From a virus (Duplodnaviria; Caudoviricetes), in the IMG/VR virus record IMGVR_UViG_3300016265_001297, positions 11,864 through 75,863 of that record: 64,000 nucleotides of DNA; one strand, given 5' to 3'. Shown piece by piece: positions 63,493 to 64,000 of the stretch. The first letter of the stretch is position 1, and every line of letters starts with the position of its first letter. The notes beneath the pieces are model-generated. The model saw nothing but the letters and a program-made list of their open reading frames with translations. It did not search any database and had not been told where the DNA came from. Position numbers and translations under genes: made by a program.

Positions 63493-64000
63493 ATCTCAAG
63501 TGTATTTACTTGTTCTCCAGTTTTAGGGTCAACCCAATCAAATCTTTTGCCGTCTTTTTCTACAACAATAACTCCTTCTTGCTCAACCCACGGATGCCTA
63601 GAGTTTATCATAGGAACCTCTTTTTCGTTTGTATCAACTTTCCAACTCCAGTTAATGGGATGATCTAAGTGCCATCCTCTTGCCTGTGGGACAACCGCCA
63701 TAGCGATTCCCATAGAGGCGCACCTTAAACCCATTTCTCCATCTTCAACTCTTCCTGCAGAAAGCTCATTCCAAAATCCTCCTGCCTTTTTAAATTCTTC
63801 AAGCGGATAAATAATATTGCCTCCAAAGTTAGCTAAAGCAAAATTAATCTCACCAACAGAAGTATAAGTATAATCATATTGTTCGAATAAAGCCCATCTA
63901 GGGTCATTCTTTAAAGACTTGTCAATTTGTCTAAAACCTTCCGGCAACCATTCGTATGGCCCAATTAGAATTCTATCAGGCTCATGCTTTAACGCAATAT
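63477..64000 (-). CDS. Glycosyltransferase (GT-A) C-terminal part, open to window edge
   Basis: Frame open to the edge (IALKHEPDRILIGP...); GGFWNE..GR.EDGEMGLR, WHLDH. Confidence 0.7.
   Translation of the reverse strand, partial: IALKHEPDRILIGPYEWLPEGFRQIDKSLKNDPRWALFEQYDYTYTSVGEINFALANFGGNIIYPLEEFKKAGGFWNELSAGRVEDGEMGLRCASMGIAMAVVPQARGWHLDHPINWSWKVDTNEKEVPMINSRHPWVEQEGVIVVEKDGKRFDWVDPKTGEQVNTLEIWERY

Noticed and set aside
1-64000. Integrase, repressor-att module, transposase, intron or intein
   Set aside because: No recognisable motifs; thyX, nrdJ and the helicase look uninterrupted. Lifestyle cannot be settled from a partial genome.

Overview
The window is 64 kb of a large, AT-rich (roughly one-third GC by eye) tailed phage with siphovirus architecture. 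It almost certainly infects a high-GC actinobacterium: TANNNT -10 boxes, AGAAAGGA SD sites, an Rpf-like transglycosylase, and an NlpC/P60 protein of a type I associate with Thermoleophilia/Solirubrobacterales (inference). (1) 386-20203 (+): about 55 small, mostly acidic early/host-takeover ORFs (ArdC, pyrimidine-dimer glycosylase-like, DUF-type proteins) and tRNA-Lys/tRNA-Glu. They are driven by about 14 copies of a TTYACA-N19-TANNNT promoter + GC hairpin + SD cassette, with a 6x21-bp transcribed tandem array and structured non-coding stretches. (2) 20204-21260: convergence zone with an A-tract, a G-quadruplex motif, a perfect CRP box, a GC-rich leaderless AT-hook gene and T-rich repeats. (3) 21265-26776 (-): tRNA-Tyr, thyX, a secreted Rpf + NlpC/P60 pair, HAD nucleotidase, dNMP kinase. 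(4) 26907-57399 (+): phosphoesterase, two endolysins + holin, LuxR-type HTH, protease/scaffold, capsid, fibre cluster, tail genes with a -1 frameshift chaperone, 2134-aa tape measure, GNAT, Dit, Tal, collagen fibre, SF2 helicase. (5) 57469-64000 (-): tRNA-Leu, RmlA, RmlB, class II RNR and three glycosyltransferases. No terminase, portal, integrase, RT or CRISPR was seen. All calls are by-eye motif recognition; no searches or folding were run.
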